Virus record (IMG/VR): IMGVR_UViG_3300021431_004524
Coordinates: 160,001 to 224,000 of that record
Source of the DNA: a virus
Lineage: Duplodnaviria > Caudoviricetes
DNA length: 64,000 nt
Reading direction: 5' to 3' (one strand)
A program made the translations under genes and the position numbers. Below the pieces are notes generated by a model, which saw nothing but the letters and a program-made list of their open reading frames with translations, did not search any database and was not told the origin of the DNA. Shown in pieces: positions 10,095 through 21,600 of this stretch (the first letter of the stretch is position 1; each line of letters begins with the position of its first letter).

Positions 10095-10574
10095 ATGGCT
10101 ACAAGAGGAACAATTGTAATTAAGATTAAGGATGAAGACCTTGGTAAAAAGGTAAAGGTTAATCCTACTTATCTTACTAAGGATGAAGAGAGAATTAATA
10201 AGTATGAAACCAAGTGTTTCGAAGTAGAGTTAAGCAAGAAGTATGCTGAAATCTACCAACATTGGGATAGTTACCCAGAGGGACTTGGCACTTCACTTGT
10301 GAAGTATTGGGACACTTACGATAAGGTGTTAAATCTCATTCTTGGTGGCGATGCAAGTAGTGTAGATTCTGATGTAACAGGTTATGTTGCAATGGAAGAC
10401 CGTGATGAACAATATAAAGACTTGCAACCTAACTTTACCGATGAGTGCCCGCGTGTTAGTGAAGAATGGCAATATCTCTTCGATGAAGATGGTAAATGGT
10501 ATGTCCGTGATGGTTATAGGGTTAAGAAATGGATGTTGGTAAGCGAGTATCTCACAAAACATTCTGATGATTAA
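10095..10574 (+). CDS. Conserved phage hypothetical protein
   Basis: MATRG.I...IYQHWDSYPEGLG motif. Confidence 0.7.
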   Translation: MATRGTIVIKIKDEDLGKKVKVNPTYLTKDEERINKYETKCFEVELSKKYAEIYQHWDSYPEGLGTSLVKYWDTYDKVLNLILGGDASSVDSDVTGYVAMEDRDEQYKDLQPNFTDECPRVSEEWQYLFDEDGKWYVRDGYRVKKWMLVSEYLTKHSDD

Positions 10575-10593
10575 CACTTTTTAACGAAAATTA

Positions 10594-10625
10594 TTTGGTA
10601 GTGTGGAAAATTTGTATTACCTTTG
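10594..10625 (+). promoter_or_regulatory. sigmaA-type promoter enclosed by an 11-bp inverted repeat
   Basis: TTTG 10594-10597, 20 nt, TACCTTTG 10618-10625; ATTTGGTAGTG/CACTACCAAAT. Confidence 0.75.
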
Positions 10626-10698
10626 CACTACCAAATTTGGAAAGAGAGAATTAAAAACAAAAGTTTAACAAAAAAAAAGTAAATTAATAAAAAGAATT

Positions 10699-12270
10699 AT
10701 GGCAAAAGTTATTGTAAAAAGCTGGGTTCGCTACACAGGGATTATTCTCGCAGTCGCAGCAATTGTGTTTGGTCTTTGGTGGATGGGACAGTCATCTGAT
10801 GGAAGTAAGGACACTAAGGGTGTATTCACCAGTGTATTCGGTGGTGGTGACAAGAATGTAATCACCGTTGGAACTAACACCTATGCGGGTTTCCTTCCAT
10901 TTATGTATCTCAACAACGGTCTTGACCCGAATGAGGAAAGCATCATCTATAAGGATTATGGTATTAAGTTGAAGATTGTAATTCAGGATGATTTCCAAGC
11001 AGGACGTTCAGCATTCCGTAATGGTGATATTGATATCATCTATTGTACGGCAGATGCTCTACCTGTTGAAATGTCAGAGGGTTCGGAAATGGCAGATTCA
11101 CGTTTCTTCAATATTTCCAACTGGTCACGTGGTGCTGATGCTATTGTAGTGAATAAGAACGTTCAGACGGTTGGTAATCTTATCGGTAAGGTCGTTGCTT
11201 GCTCTGAGGGCACTGCAAGTCATACACTTCTTCTGAATACCCTTGAAACCAACGGTATCGGCTATGATAAAGTGAATACGGGTTCGAATATTGACCCGAA
11301 TAAGGTGAATATTAAGGTTGTGGCAAGCGGTCTTGATGCGGCGGCAATTTTCAAGGCAGGACAGTGTGATGCCGCAGTAGTGTTCTCACCTGATGACCAA
11401 GACATTGTAGCAACGGTTAATGGTGCAAAGGTTCTTGTATCGACCAAGCAGGCAAGTAGCATTATTTGTGACGGACTTATTGCGAAGCAGTCTTATCTTG
11501 ATGCAAACCGTGAGAATGTTAAGAAGTTGATTTCAGCACTTCTTATGGCTAATGTGAAGATGAATACCGAGCCAAAGGCTGTTGAGCAGGCAGCAAAGGC
11601 ATTCGCTAAGGGTTATGGTACTGACGAGCAGTTTGCAATTGACGGTTCAAAGAACATCCATTATGTAACACTTGGTGATGAAGCTAATTTCTTCGGTTTG
11701 AACGCATCTTACACAGGCGTACAGGGTTCGGAACTCTATTCTAAGATGGCACGTACATATTCAGGACTTAAACTCTGTAAGTCGCCACTTTCATGGAATA
11801 AGGTATCAGACAGTTCAATTATCGAGGAACTTGTGGCAGACCCGTCCGGTGTAAAGGGTGAGCAGTCAGCAGAAAAGGCTAAGACATTCACAGCACCTAC
11901 AAAGGAGATTGAGACAGCCGCAGCAATGTCAACCAAAAAGGTAACTATCGATTATCCAAGTGGTAGTGATGTTCTTGATAATGATGCTAAAGCAGTAATT
12001 GACCGTGAGTTCGTAGGTATTGCAAAGCAGTTCAATGGTTCACGTATCCGAATTGAGGGTAATACCGATGCAACCGGTTCTGATGCAGTCAATGTACCAC
12101 TTTCTAAGGCACGCGCTCAGTCAGTAGCCAATTATCTCATCAAAGAGTATGGATTTGACAAGAACCGCTTCATCATTGTCGGTAATGGTTCAAAGAAGGC
12201 TATTGCTGATGGTGTTACGGGGGCAAATCAGAATTACCGTACAACTGATTTCGAGTTGATTAACGAGTGA
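10699..12270 (+). CDS. ABC substrate-binding protein (SsuA/NMT1-like) fused to an OmpA-C peptidoglycan-binding domain
   Basis: N-terminal TM anchor; WSRGADAIV, L.GK.VA, G..DAAV motifs; C-terminal IEGNTD..N..LS..RA.SV..YL...R motifs. Confidence 0.85.
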   Translation: MAKVIVKSWVRYTGIILAVAAIVFGLWWMGQSSDGSKDTKGVFTSVFGGGDKNVITVGTNTYAGFLPFMYLNNGLDPNEESIIYKDYGIKLKIVIQDDFQAGRSAFRNGDIDIIYCTADALPVEMSEGSEMADSRFFNISNWSRGADAIVVNKNVQTVGNLIGKVVACSEGTASHTLLLNTLETNGIGYDKVNTGSNIDPNKVNIKVVASGLDAAAIFKAGQCDAAVVFSPDDQDIVATVNGAKVLVSTKQASSIICDGLIAKQSYLDANRENVKKLISALLMANVKMNTEPKAVEQAAKAFAKGYGTDEQFAIDGSKNIHYVTLGDEANFFGLNASYTGVQGSELYSKMARTYSGLKLCKSPLSWNKVSDSSIIEELVADPSGVKGEQSAEKAKTFTAPTKEIETAAAMSTKKVTIDYPSGSDVLDNDAKAVIDREFVGIAKQFNGSRIRIEGNTDATGSDAVNVPLSKARAQSVANYLIKEYGFDKNRFIIVGNGSKKAIADGVTGANQNYRTTDFELINE

Positions 12271-12303
12271 TTTCAATTTCTTTCAAAATATAATATAAGT
12301 TCG

Positions 12304-12341
12304 ATGGAGTGGTTGACTAAAAAGTTGGTCACTCCATTTTT
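12304..12341 (+). terminator. Intra-operon hairpin or partial terminator
   Basis: ATGGAGTG...CACTCCAT plus T-run between SBP and permease. Confidence 0.65.
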
Positions 12342-12361
12342 AAACTAAAAAAATTCTTTCA

Positions 12362-13183
12362 ATGTTTAAAAAGTTATTCAAATTTGGTGGAGAAAGCGAC
12401 TTTGGTACTGTACAGAATATCATAATAAGTGTCGTTGGATTCATCATTATCATTTTAGGTTGGCATTTCATATCAGTAAATGAAATTATACCGACTAACA
12501 TTCTTCCTGACCCATTTAAGGTGGCCGGAAGTTATGGGACACTGATAAGTGAGTATCATATGTTCGGTAATGCATGGTTCAGCCTTAAAATGAATTTACT
12601 TTGTTATGTATATGCTATCGGTTTGTCATTGCCAATAGGTTTTATTATCACTTTATGCCCATTACTTAATTTGTTAATCAGTAAATACATAACGAGTATT
12701 AGATTTCTTCCATTTGTGGCAATAAGTTCGATATTCGTTTCAATTTTCGGCCTTACATTTAACATGAAGGTATGGTTTTTGACCGCTGCATTGATGGTGT
12801 ATATCATTCCTGCAATTGTCAATAAGATTAATGATTTGCAGAATCCTAAGAATGATAAGGATAATGTATATCTTCAGACAATTCAGACAATGGGTGCGTC
12901 CAATTGGGAAAAGTTCAGATATGTATATTGGCCGTATGTAACGAGTGGTGTTGCTGATACATGCCGTGATTTGCTTGCTGTCAGTTGGACATATGTAACT
13001 GTAGCAGAGTTGATTTATAAGGATGGAGAGATTACAGGTCTTGGTGCATCAATTAATACCATGATTAGGCAGTCGCACATACCAGAGGCATATGCTCTTA
13101 TTGTACTGATTATTGCAATTGGCTTTGCGCAGGATTTTGTTTTTGCTAAATTAATTAAGAAGTTGTTTCCATATAAAAATTAA
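12362..13183 (+). CDS. ABC permease (SsuC/TauC-like)
   Basis: About 6 TM segments; LP.P..V; EAA-like YLQTIQTMGAS; W.....AEL. Confidence 0.85.
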   Translation: MFKKLFKFGGESDFGTVQNIIISVVGFIIIILGWHFISVNEIIPTNILPDPFKVAGSYGTLISEYHMFGNAWFSLKMNLLCYVYAIGLSLPIGFIITLCPLLNLLISKYITSIRFLPFVAISSIFVSIFGLTFNMKVWFLTAALMVYIIPAIVNKINDLQNPKNDKDNVYLQTIQTMGASNWEKFRYVYWPYVTSGVADTCRDLLAVSWTYVTVAELIYKDGEITGLGASINTMIRQSHIPEAYALIVLIIAIGFAQDFVFAKLIKKLFPYKN

Positions 13184-13188
13184 TTGAA

Positions 13189-14193
13189 ATGGGTAATTTA
13201 TTTTCAAATATATTGAAGGAAGATGTTGCTGGAAAGACAGTAAACGAAACTACGGATAAAGGTCCTGGTGAAACCGTTGCATGTTCACCATCTGAGATTG
13301 TTTCTGTGTTAAAAGACCATGTTGCACCTGATATTACGACCAAGGAGGTGGAAATGGTTAGAGAGCAATGTAAGGAAAGTGCAATTGTTCCTACTAAGAA
13401 ACATGACGGTGAATATGAAGCGGAAAACACTCCTAATGTTATTGACTTTGAAAATGTAACAGTAAAATTTGGTGATTTTACATTGTTTGATAAATTGAAT
13501 TTCTCAATACCCGATTTTAAGGGTGAAGGGCAGTTTATCGCAATTATGGGTAGTAGTGGAAGCGGTAAAAGCCAAATGGCACGTCTGATTTCTGGACTTA
13601 AAAGGCCAAATGAGGGCGTTGTTAAGATGTATGGTAAGCCTTATGATGAGAAAACACATGTTCCGATGGTATTCCAACAGTATTCTTCATTTCCTTGGAT
13701 GACAGTTCTTGAAAATGTCGCTTTGCCATTGAAAATGAAAGGAGTTGGCAAAGAGGAACGTGAAGCAAAGGCTATGGAAATCCTTAAACTTGTCGGACTT
13801 GAAGGACATGAGCAGAAATGGGCGCAATATCCGGCATTATCTGGCGGACAGTTGCAGCGAGTCTCTTTGGCTCGTAATCTTGCAGGTGATTCTCAGATTA
13901 TGATACTTGATGAATACAGTTCCGGTCTTGATACAGCATCAAAGGCATCAATGCAGGACATCTTGCTTAAATTGTTCTATGATGATAGTGTTGACCGTAC
14001 ATTTATCATGATTACGCATGATATTAATGAGGCAATATATCTGTCACAGAGAGTTTATCTGCTTGATGCTAAGACACACACATTCGGTGATGTCGTGGAT
14101 GTTAAGTTTGATGGAAAACGTGATAGGAATATCATTAATACACCAAAGTATCAGGAATACTACAATAGAATTGAAAGATTCTTTAACAAGTAA
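13189..14193 (+). CDS. ABC ATPase (SsuB/TauB-like)
   Basis: Walker A GSSGSGKS, Q-loop VFQQY, LSGGQ, ILDE, ITHD. Confidence 0.92.
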   Translation: MGNLFSNILKEDVAGKTVNETTDKGPGETVACSPSEIVSVLKDHVAPDITTKEVEMVREQCKESAIVPTKKHDGEYEAENTPNVIDFENVTVKFGDFTLFDKLNFSIPDFKGEGQFIAIMGSSGSGKSQMARLISGLKRPNEGVVKMYGKPYDEKTHVPMVFQQYSSFPWMTVLENVALPLKMKGVGKEEREAKAMEILKLVGLEGHEQKWAQYPALSGGQLQRVSLARNLAGDSQIMILDEYSSGLDTASKASMQDILLKLFYDDSVDRTFIMITHDINEAIYLSQRVYLLDAKTHTFGDVVDVKFDGKRDRNIINTPKYQEYYNRIERFFNK

Positions 14194-14224
14194 TTCTCTC
14201 TACAATATATAATAAGGTATACAG

Positions 14225-14264
14225 AAAATGGCCAAGGTGAAATATCCTTGACCATTTTTTTTTT
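14225..14264 (+). terminator. Intrinsic terminator
   Basis: AAAATGGCCAAGG...CCTTGACCATTTT plus long T-run. Confidence 0.8.
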
Positions 14265-14479
14265 ATATATTATTGACATTTTCCACGATAATGGTATATT
14301 TATATCTGAAGTCAGGTAGAAAAAGATGGCACTCTTGCTAATTTGTTAGGGAATCTATATTCCGAGAGTATACGATGAACTTCAAATAGACATATTTTTA
14401 GGGAAAAATTGAAAGCTGTTGCCATTTTAATATTTAGGACATTATAAAAATAAATTAAGATAAAAGTTTTACATAATAA

Positions 14480-15622
14480 ATGGCAAATAAACACATACAA
14501 CACGTAAAGAGTAACGTTGTCAATACAGATGCCCAGGGTAATAAATCACCTAAGCTTCCTGAAGTTGGAAATATTCTTGAAGGTGAGCTTGCTGTGAACT
14601 ATGCTGATGGTTATGAACGTATTTCTTTGAAGAATACAAATAATGAGATTGTTCAGTTTGTACCAAAGGATTATGTCGATGCTGCTGATAACACAAAGGC
14701 CGCTAGTAACCACGTTCATGGTAATATTGGAAATGGTGGTGCATTGACTGACACTGCTGCTGCTTCTGCTACTGATGACTGTATCGTCATTAGGGACGCA
14801 AGTAACAATAAGATTCAGACCTCTACAACTAAGGGTACTGATGTTGCTGATGCTATTAATAAAAAGCATACACATAACAACATTACTTTGAGTACTACGG
14901 CTCAGGCTTATGACGATAAGGAACATACGATTCAACTCCCTGCAAGTGACCCATATGTCAGTGCCCGTACCCCAGTTTCACATACACATGGTAATATATC
15001 CAATTCAGGTACGTTAAATGATACGGCTGCTGATGCTGCCGGTAATGACTATGTTGTTATTAGAGATGCTGACAACGGCAAGATTCAGACTTCTACAATC
15101 AAAGGTGTTGATGTGGCTGATGCCATTTCTAAGAAACACAGCCATAGTAATAAAGCGGAATTAGATAAGATTAATAGTGGTGATGTCGCTAAATGGAATG
15201 GTGCTGTAACAGGTAGTGTAACCTCCGTTTCATATGATACCACTAATAAAAAGATAACTAAAACAATTAACAATACGACATCTGATGTCGTGACGGCTTC
15301 AACTATTGTTACTGATGGTGGTGGTATCAAAGCACATGCTACACATAAATTAAACGCAACCAATGGAACTGCTTCAGCCGTAAGCCAAGGAACTGAGATT
15401 ACTTATGTTGAATCTTTGAGTGGTACTACAACAGCTACTTCCGGCGATTTGTCAGTGTCTTCAACAAGAAAGAAGATTACAGTACCTGCAATTCCGGCTT
15501 CACTTCCTGCAAATGGAGGTAATGCTGATACTGTTGATAATTTCCATTTTGTGAAGATATCACAGCAAGATTATGATAATTTAACAACAAAAGATTCTAA
15601 TACATTTTATATTATAAATTAA
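14480..15622 (+). CDS. Tail-fibre-like protein
   Basis: N-terminal P...L..GELAVNY anchor; duplicated HxH repeat; ANGGNADTVD; C-terminal Y..L..KD.NTFYII. Confidence 0.7.
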   Translation: MANKHIQHVKSNVVNTDAQGNKSPKLPEVGNILEGELAVNYADGYERISLKNTNNEIVQFVPKDYVDAADNTKAASNHVHGNIGNGGALTDTAAASATDDCIVIRDASNNKIQTSTTKGTDVADAINKKHTHNNITLSTTAQAYDDKEHTIQLPASDPYVSARTPVSHTHGNISNSGTLNDTAADAAGNDYVVIRDADNGKIQTSTIKGVDVADAISKKHSHSNKAELDKINSGDVAKWNGAVTGSVTSVSYDTTNKKITKTINNTTSDVVTASTIVTDGGGIKAHATHKLNATNGTASAVSQGTEITYVESLSGTTTATSGDLSVSSTRKKITVPAIPASLPANGGNADTVDNFHFVKISQQDYDNLTTKDSNTFYIIN

Positions 15623-15626
15623 AATT

Positions 15627-18600
15627 ATGGCTAGAAACAGTGAAATATTTTTAGGCGGTGATAATAGCACGCTTATATACTTAGGAGAAGAAGAGCATAA
15701 GATTTATCTTGGCTCTGACCTTGTTTATCAACCTAAGATTAGTATCGCAAGTGCAACTGTTTCCGTCGGTTCAAAAACATATAATGGAAGTAAACAGACT
15801 GCTTCATCAATCACTGTCACCATTTCTGGCAAAACACTTACAGTAGGTGAAGATTATCAGATAACATCTAATAGTGGTGGAACCAATGTTGGTAATTATA
15901 CTGTTACAGTAACAGGTATTGGGCTTTATAAGGATGCCGCTTCTGGAACATTCACGATTAATAAGGTAACTCCTACTGTAACAGCCCCAACAGCAAAAGT
16001 TCTGACTTATAACGGTTCAGCACAGGTTCTTGCAACCGCCGGAAGTACTAATTTTGGTACTTTAAAATACAGTCTTGATAATAGTACTTGGCAGACAGCG
16101 GTTCCTGCCGCCACAAACCAAGGCAGTTATACCTTATACTATAAGGTGGATGGTGACAGTAACATCAATAGCGTGGCTGCTAAGAGTATTACTTGTTCGA
16201 TTAATGCAAAACAAGTGACAGCGACTGTCGAACTTAGTCAGACAAAATACACATATAATGGTTCTGCTTTTAAGCCCACTGTTACGGTAAAGGATGGTAG
16301 TACGGTTATTCCGGCTTCTGAATACACGGTTACTTATAGTAATAATGTAAATGCAGGTACGGCAACAGTAACAATTAATGATAATACAGGCGGTAACTAT
16401 GAGGTTATAGGTTCAGCCGACTTTACAATTAATAAAGCTGCTGGAAGTATCAGTTATGAAACTACAACCGTAAATAAAACCTATGGCAATAGTGCCTTTA
16501 CTAATGCATTGACAAAAACCGGTGATGGTAGCGTAACATATTCTTCAAGTAATACAAATGTCGCAACAGTAAATTCTTCCGGTCAAGTGACAATTAAGGC
16601 TGCCGGTTCAGTAACTATTACGGCTACTGTTACTGACGGTACTAATTACGCATACGCAACAAAAACTGCAAGTTATACACTAAGTGTAGCTAAAGCGACA
16701 CCTACGGTTACTGCACCTACGGCTAAAAACCTTACATATAATGGTGGTGCTCAGACGCTTATTAATGCCGGTTCTACTACTGGTGGAACTATTCAATATA
16801 AACTCGGTACAGGTAGTTATAGTACTTCTTTACCTTCTGCAACGAATAAGGGAAGTTATACAGTATACTATAAAGTTGTTGGTAATTCAAATTACAATGA
16901 TGTGGCTGAAGCAAGCGTTACGGTTGAAATTAAGGCTAAGGCACTTACTATTACAGCGAAAGACCAAACAGTTTCTTATGGTACTGCAATCACACAAGGT
17001 ACCGGACAAGTTACGGTTAGTGGTTTGGTAAGTGGTGATACTTTAACTGCAATTACGCTTACTCAGAGTACTGTTAATGTAACGACAACCGGTACAATCA
17101 CACCATCTGCTGCCGCAACGACTAATGGTATCGGTAACTATAGTGTTACCTATACAAATGGTAAATTGACAATTACAGCCGTTGAACCAATTAAGACAGA
17201 CCCTGTTAAGATAGGTAATCTTACATATAATGGCAGTGCTCAGAACCTTGTTACGGCAGGCACAAGTAGTCATGGTACTTTTAGTTATAAATTGTCTACT
17301 GCAAGTACATATGGAAGCAGTATTCCGACCGGTACGAATGCAGGAACATATAGTGTTGATTGGAAATTCGTTGCTGATGCCAATCACGGCGGCGGAACAG
17401 TTACAGGTACTATAACAAATATTTCAATTGCACAGAAATCGCTTACTATTGCTGCTAAAAAGCAAAGCGTTGTATATGGTACTGCAATCACACAGGGTAC
17501 AAACCAAGTTACCGTTACTGGTTTAGTATCAGGCGATTCATTAACTGCAATTACGCTTACACAAAGCACGGTTAATGTGACAACAACCGGTACAATCACG
17601 CCATCTGCTGCCGCAACGACAAAGGGTATCAGTAACTATAGTGTTACTTATGACACTGCAAATCTGACAATTACACAGAAAGCACTTACGATTACAGCAA
17701 AGGCACAGACAGTAAATTATGGTACTGCAATTACACAAGGTACAGGCCAAGTTACTGTTACAGGTTTGGTAACCGGTGATTCATTAACTGCAATTACGCT
17801 TACACAAAGCACGGTTAATGTGACAACAACCGGTACAATCACGCCATCTGCTGCCGCAACCACAAACGGCATTAGTAACTACTCAGTAACATATAATACT
17901 GGTGTACTTACAATTAATAAGGTTTCGGCAAGTGTTACAAAAAAGCCTACTGCTAAGTCACTGACTTATAATACAGAGGCACAAGCCCTTGTAAATGCTG
18001 GTACTGCTAACGGTGGTACAATGTATTATCAGATGACCACATCTAATAGCAAACCAACTAACACAAGCGGATTCAGTGCAACAATACCAACCGGTACGAA
18101 TGCAGGAACATATTATGTATGGTATTACGTAAAAGGTGATTCTAACCATACTGATACTGCAATAAGTGAAACTGCTGTTACTGTGACGATTAATAGTAAG
18201 GCTATTGTTATTCCTACTCCTACGGGTGTAGAGAAAACATATGATGGCACTGCTGCAAGTGCAACATTCAGTGCGGCAACAGGTGCAACAATTACTAAGT
18301 ACAGATATTCAACTGATAATAGTTCATGGACTGAATCAAGTTCTAACCCAATTCAGACGAATCATGGTACTTTATACACACAAGCTTATTATACGGCTTC
18401 GGCAAACTATACTGGTAGCGGATGGTCTTCAAGTGCTACTATCTCGATTGCCAAGGCAGCTCCAACATATACCGCCCCAACTGCTAAGACAGGACTTGTT
18501 TATAGCGGTTCAGCGCAAGCATTGCTTAATGCTGGCTCGACAAGTCATGGTACGATTCAATATTCATCTGATAATACCAATTGGGGTACAACTATACCAA

Positions 18601-21600
18601 CCGGAACAAATGTCAACACATACACAAGTTATTGGCGTTTAGTTGGTGATAATAACCATACTGATGTGTCATCTAAGAGTCTGAGCACATCAATCGGTAA
18701 GGTAACTCCTACTGTAACGGCCCCAACTGCCAAGTCACTTACTTACACGGGTTCTGCTCAGACATTGGCAAATGCCGCATCTACTAACTTCGGTACATTG
18801 CAATACTCCTTGGATGATACCAATTGGAGTACAACTATACCAACAGGAACGAATGCCGCATCTTATACAGTATACTATCGTGTAGTCGGTAATAGTAACA
18901 TCAATGACGTTGCTTCTGATAGTATTACGTGTAGTATTGGCAAGGCTGCCGGAAGTATCAGTTATGCGACTACAACCGTAGATAAAACCTATGGCAATAG
19001 TGCCTTTACTAATGCATTGACCAAGACCGGTGATGGTTCAGTTACCTATTCTTCAAGCAATACAAGTATTGCAACTGTGAATACTTCCGGTCAAGTTACA
19101 ATTAAGGCCGCAGGTTCAGCAACTATTACGGCTACAGTTACTGACGGTTCTAACTACACATACGCGACAAAGACTGCAAGCTACACATTGAATGTGGCCA
19201 AGGCTAATCTAAGTGCGTCGGTATCTATGGACGGATGGACTTATGGCGGCACTGCTAGTAGCCCATCAGTAAGTGGTAATAGTGGCGGTGGCTCAGTAAC
19301 CTATTCTTATAAGGTTAGTGGGGCTGCTGACTCTACTTATACAACTACAAAGCCAAGCAATGCGGGTAATTATGTGGTACGTGCTGTTATTGCTGAAACC
19401 GCAAACTATAATGGCGCAACAGTTACCAATACATTCACTATTGCAAAGGCTAATCCGGCATATACAGCACCAACCGCTAAGACATTAACATATAACGGTT
19501 CGGCACAAGCATTGCTTAACGCCGGTTCTACAAGTCATGGTACGATTCAGTACTCTTCAGACAACAGTACTTGGGGTACGTCTATTCCAACTGGTACAAA
19601 TGCCACATCTTACACAAGTTATTGGAGACTTGTAGGTGATAGCAACCATAAAGATGTGTCATCTAAGAGTCTGAGCACATCAATCGGTAAGGTAACTCCT
19701 ACTGTAACGGCCCCAACCGCCAAGGTTCTGACTTATAACGGTTCTGCTCAGACATTGGCAAATGCCGCATCTACTAACTTCGGTACATTGAAGTATAGCC
19801 TTGATAATAGTACTTGGCAGACAGCGGTTCCTTCCGCTACAAACCAAGGCAGTTATACCTTATACTATAAGGTGGACGGTGACAGTAATATCAATAGCGT
19901 GGCTGCTAAGAGTATTGCATGTTCTATCAACGAGAAAGAAGTAACGGCAACAGTTACATTAAGTCAGTCGACATATACATATAGTGGTAGTGCTTGCACG
20001 CCAACAGTTACTGTGAAAGACGGTAGTACGGTTATTCCGGCTTCTGAATACACGGTTACTTATAGTAACAATGTAAATGCGGGTACGGCAACAGTAACAA
20101 TTACCGATAATACAGGCGGTAACTACAATGTCACAGGTTCGGCAACGTTTACTATTAACAAGGCCAATGGTAGTGTGACTATCAATGCAACTGCACCTAC
20201 TTATACAGGTAATGCTCAGAGTCTTGTTACTGTAAGTGGTAATACGGGTACAGTACATTATAGAGTTGGCACAAGTGGAAGTTGGACAACTACAATTCCT
20301 ACTGGAACCGGTGCCGGCAATTATACCGTATATTGGTACATGGATGCATCATCAAATTATAAGGCACTTAACAGTTCTTCAAGTCCGGCCAGTGTTGCTG
20401 TAACAATCGCCAAGGCTAATCCATCATATGAAGCCCCAACTGCTAAGACAGGACTTGTTTATAGCGGTTCGGCACAAGCATTACTTAATGCGGGCTCGAC
20501 AAGTCATGGTACGATTCAGTACTCTTCAGACAACAGTACTTGGGGTACGTCTATTCCAACGGGCACAAATGCCACATCTTACACAAGTTATTGGAGACTT
20601 GTAGGTGATGGCAACCATAAAGATGTGTCATCTAAGAGTCTGAGCACATCAATCGGTAAGGCATCCGGCATTGCGGGTGTTTCAAGTAGAAGTCTTTCAT
20701 ACACTCGCGGTGCTCAGAACCTCGTAACCGTAAGTGGTAATACGGGTACAGTACATTATAGAGTTGGCACAAGTGGAAGTTGGACAACTACAATCCCAAC
20801 TGCTACTAATGCAGCAACATATACTATATACTATTATGTAGATGCTTCTACGAACTACAATGGTGTAGGTTCAAGTAGTAGTCCTAATAATGTAAGCACT
20901 ACAATCGCTAAGGTTACTCCGGTACTTTCTACAAGTCCTTCGTTGAGAACCGGTTTGAACTATACAGGTTCTGCACAAAATCTTCTTAGTGGTGGTGCAA
21001 TGAAACATAGTAGTTCCGATACCACTTCAGTCGCAGGTACATTCACTTATACTCAGAAAACCAATGCCGGAACATATACTGACCCTACTTGGTCGTTTAC
21101 ACCAACAGATACAACTAACTATAATTCAACAAGTGGTAAGATAACAGGCAGTGTGACAATCGCTAAGATTAACCCAACATATAATGCTCCAACCGCCAAG
21201 TCTGGACTTGTATATAACGGCGTATCTCAGACATTGTATAATGCAGGTTCTAACACAACAGCGGGTGAGTTCTCTTATACTAGCGGTACAAGAAAGGATG
21301 CCGGCAGTCAGACTGTAAGTTGGACATTCACGCCTACCGATACCACTAACTATAATACAAAAACCGGTTCATTTGGCGTAACAATCGGACAGAAAGAAGT
21401 AACACTAAGTTGGGGTACACTTTCTTGGACTTATGACAAGAAGGAACACTCAACAACATGTACTGCCGGTAGTCTAATATCGGGTGATACGTGTTATGTA
21501 ACTCTCACAGGTAATTCAATTACCAATGTCGGAACAGCCACTGTTACAGCATCTGAATTGGGTAATAGTAACTATAAGCTACCATCAGCAAATACTAACA

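Noticed and set aside
14265-14479. ncRNA or riboswitch in the long leader before the fibre operon
   Set aside because: No recognisable structure or conserved motif by eye; the 14312..14503 minus ORF is also unconvincing
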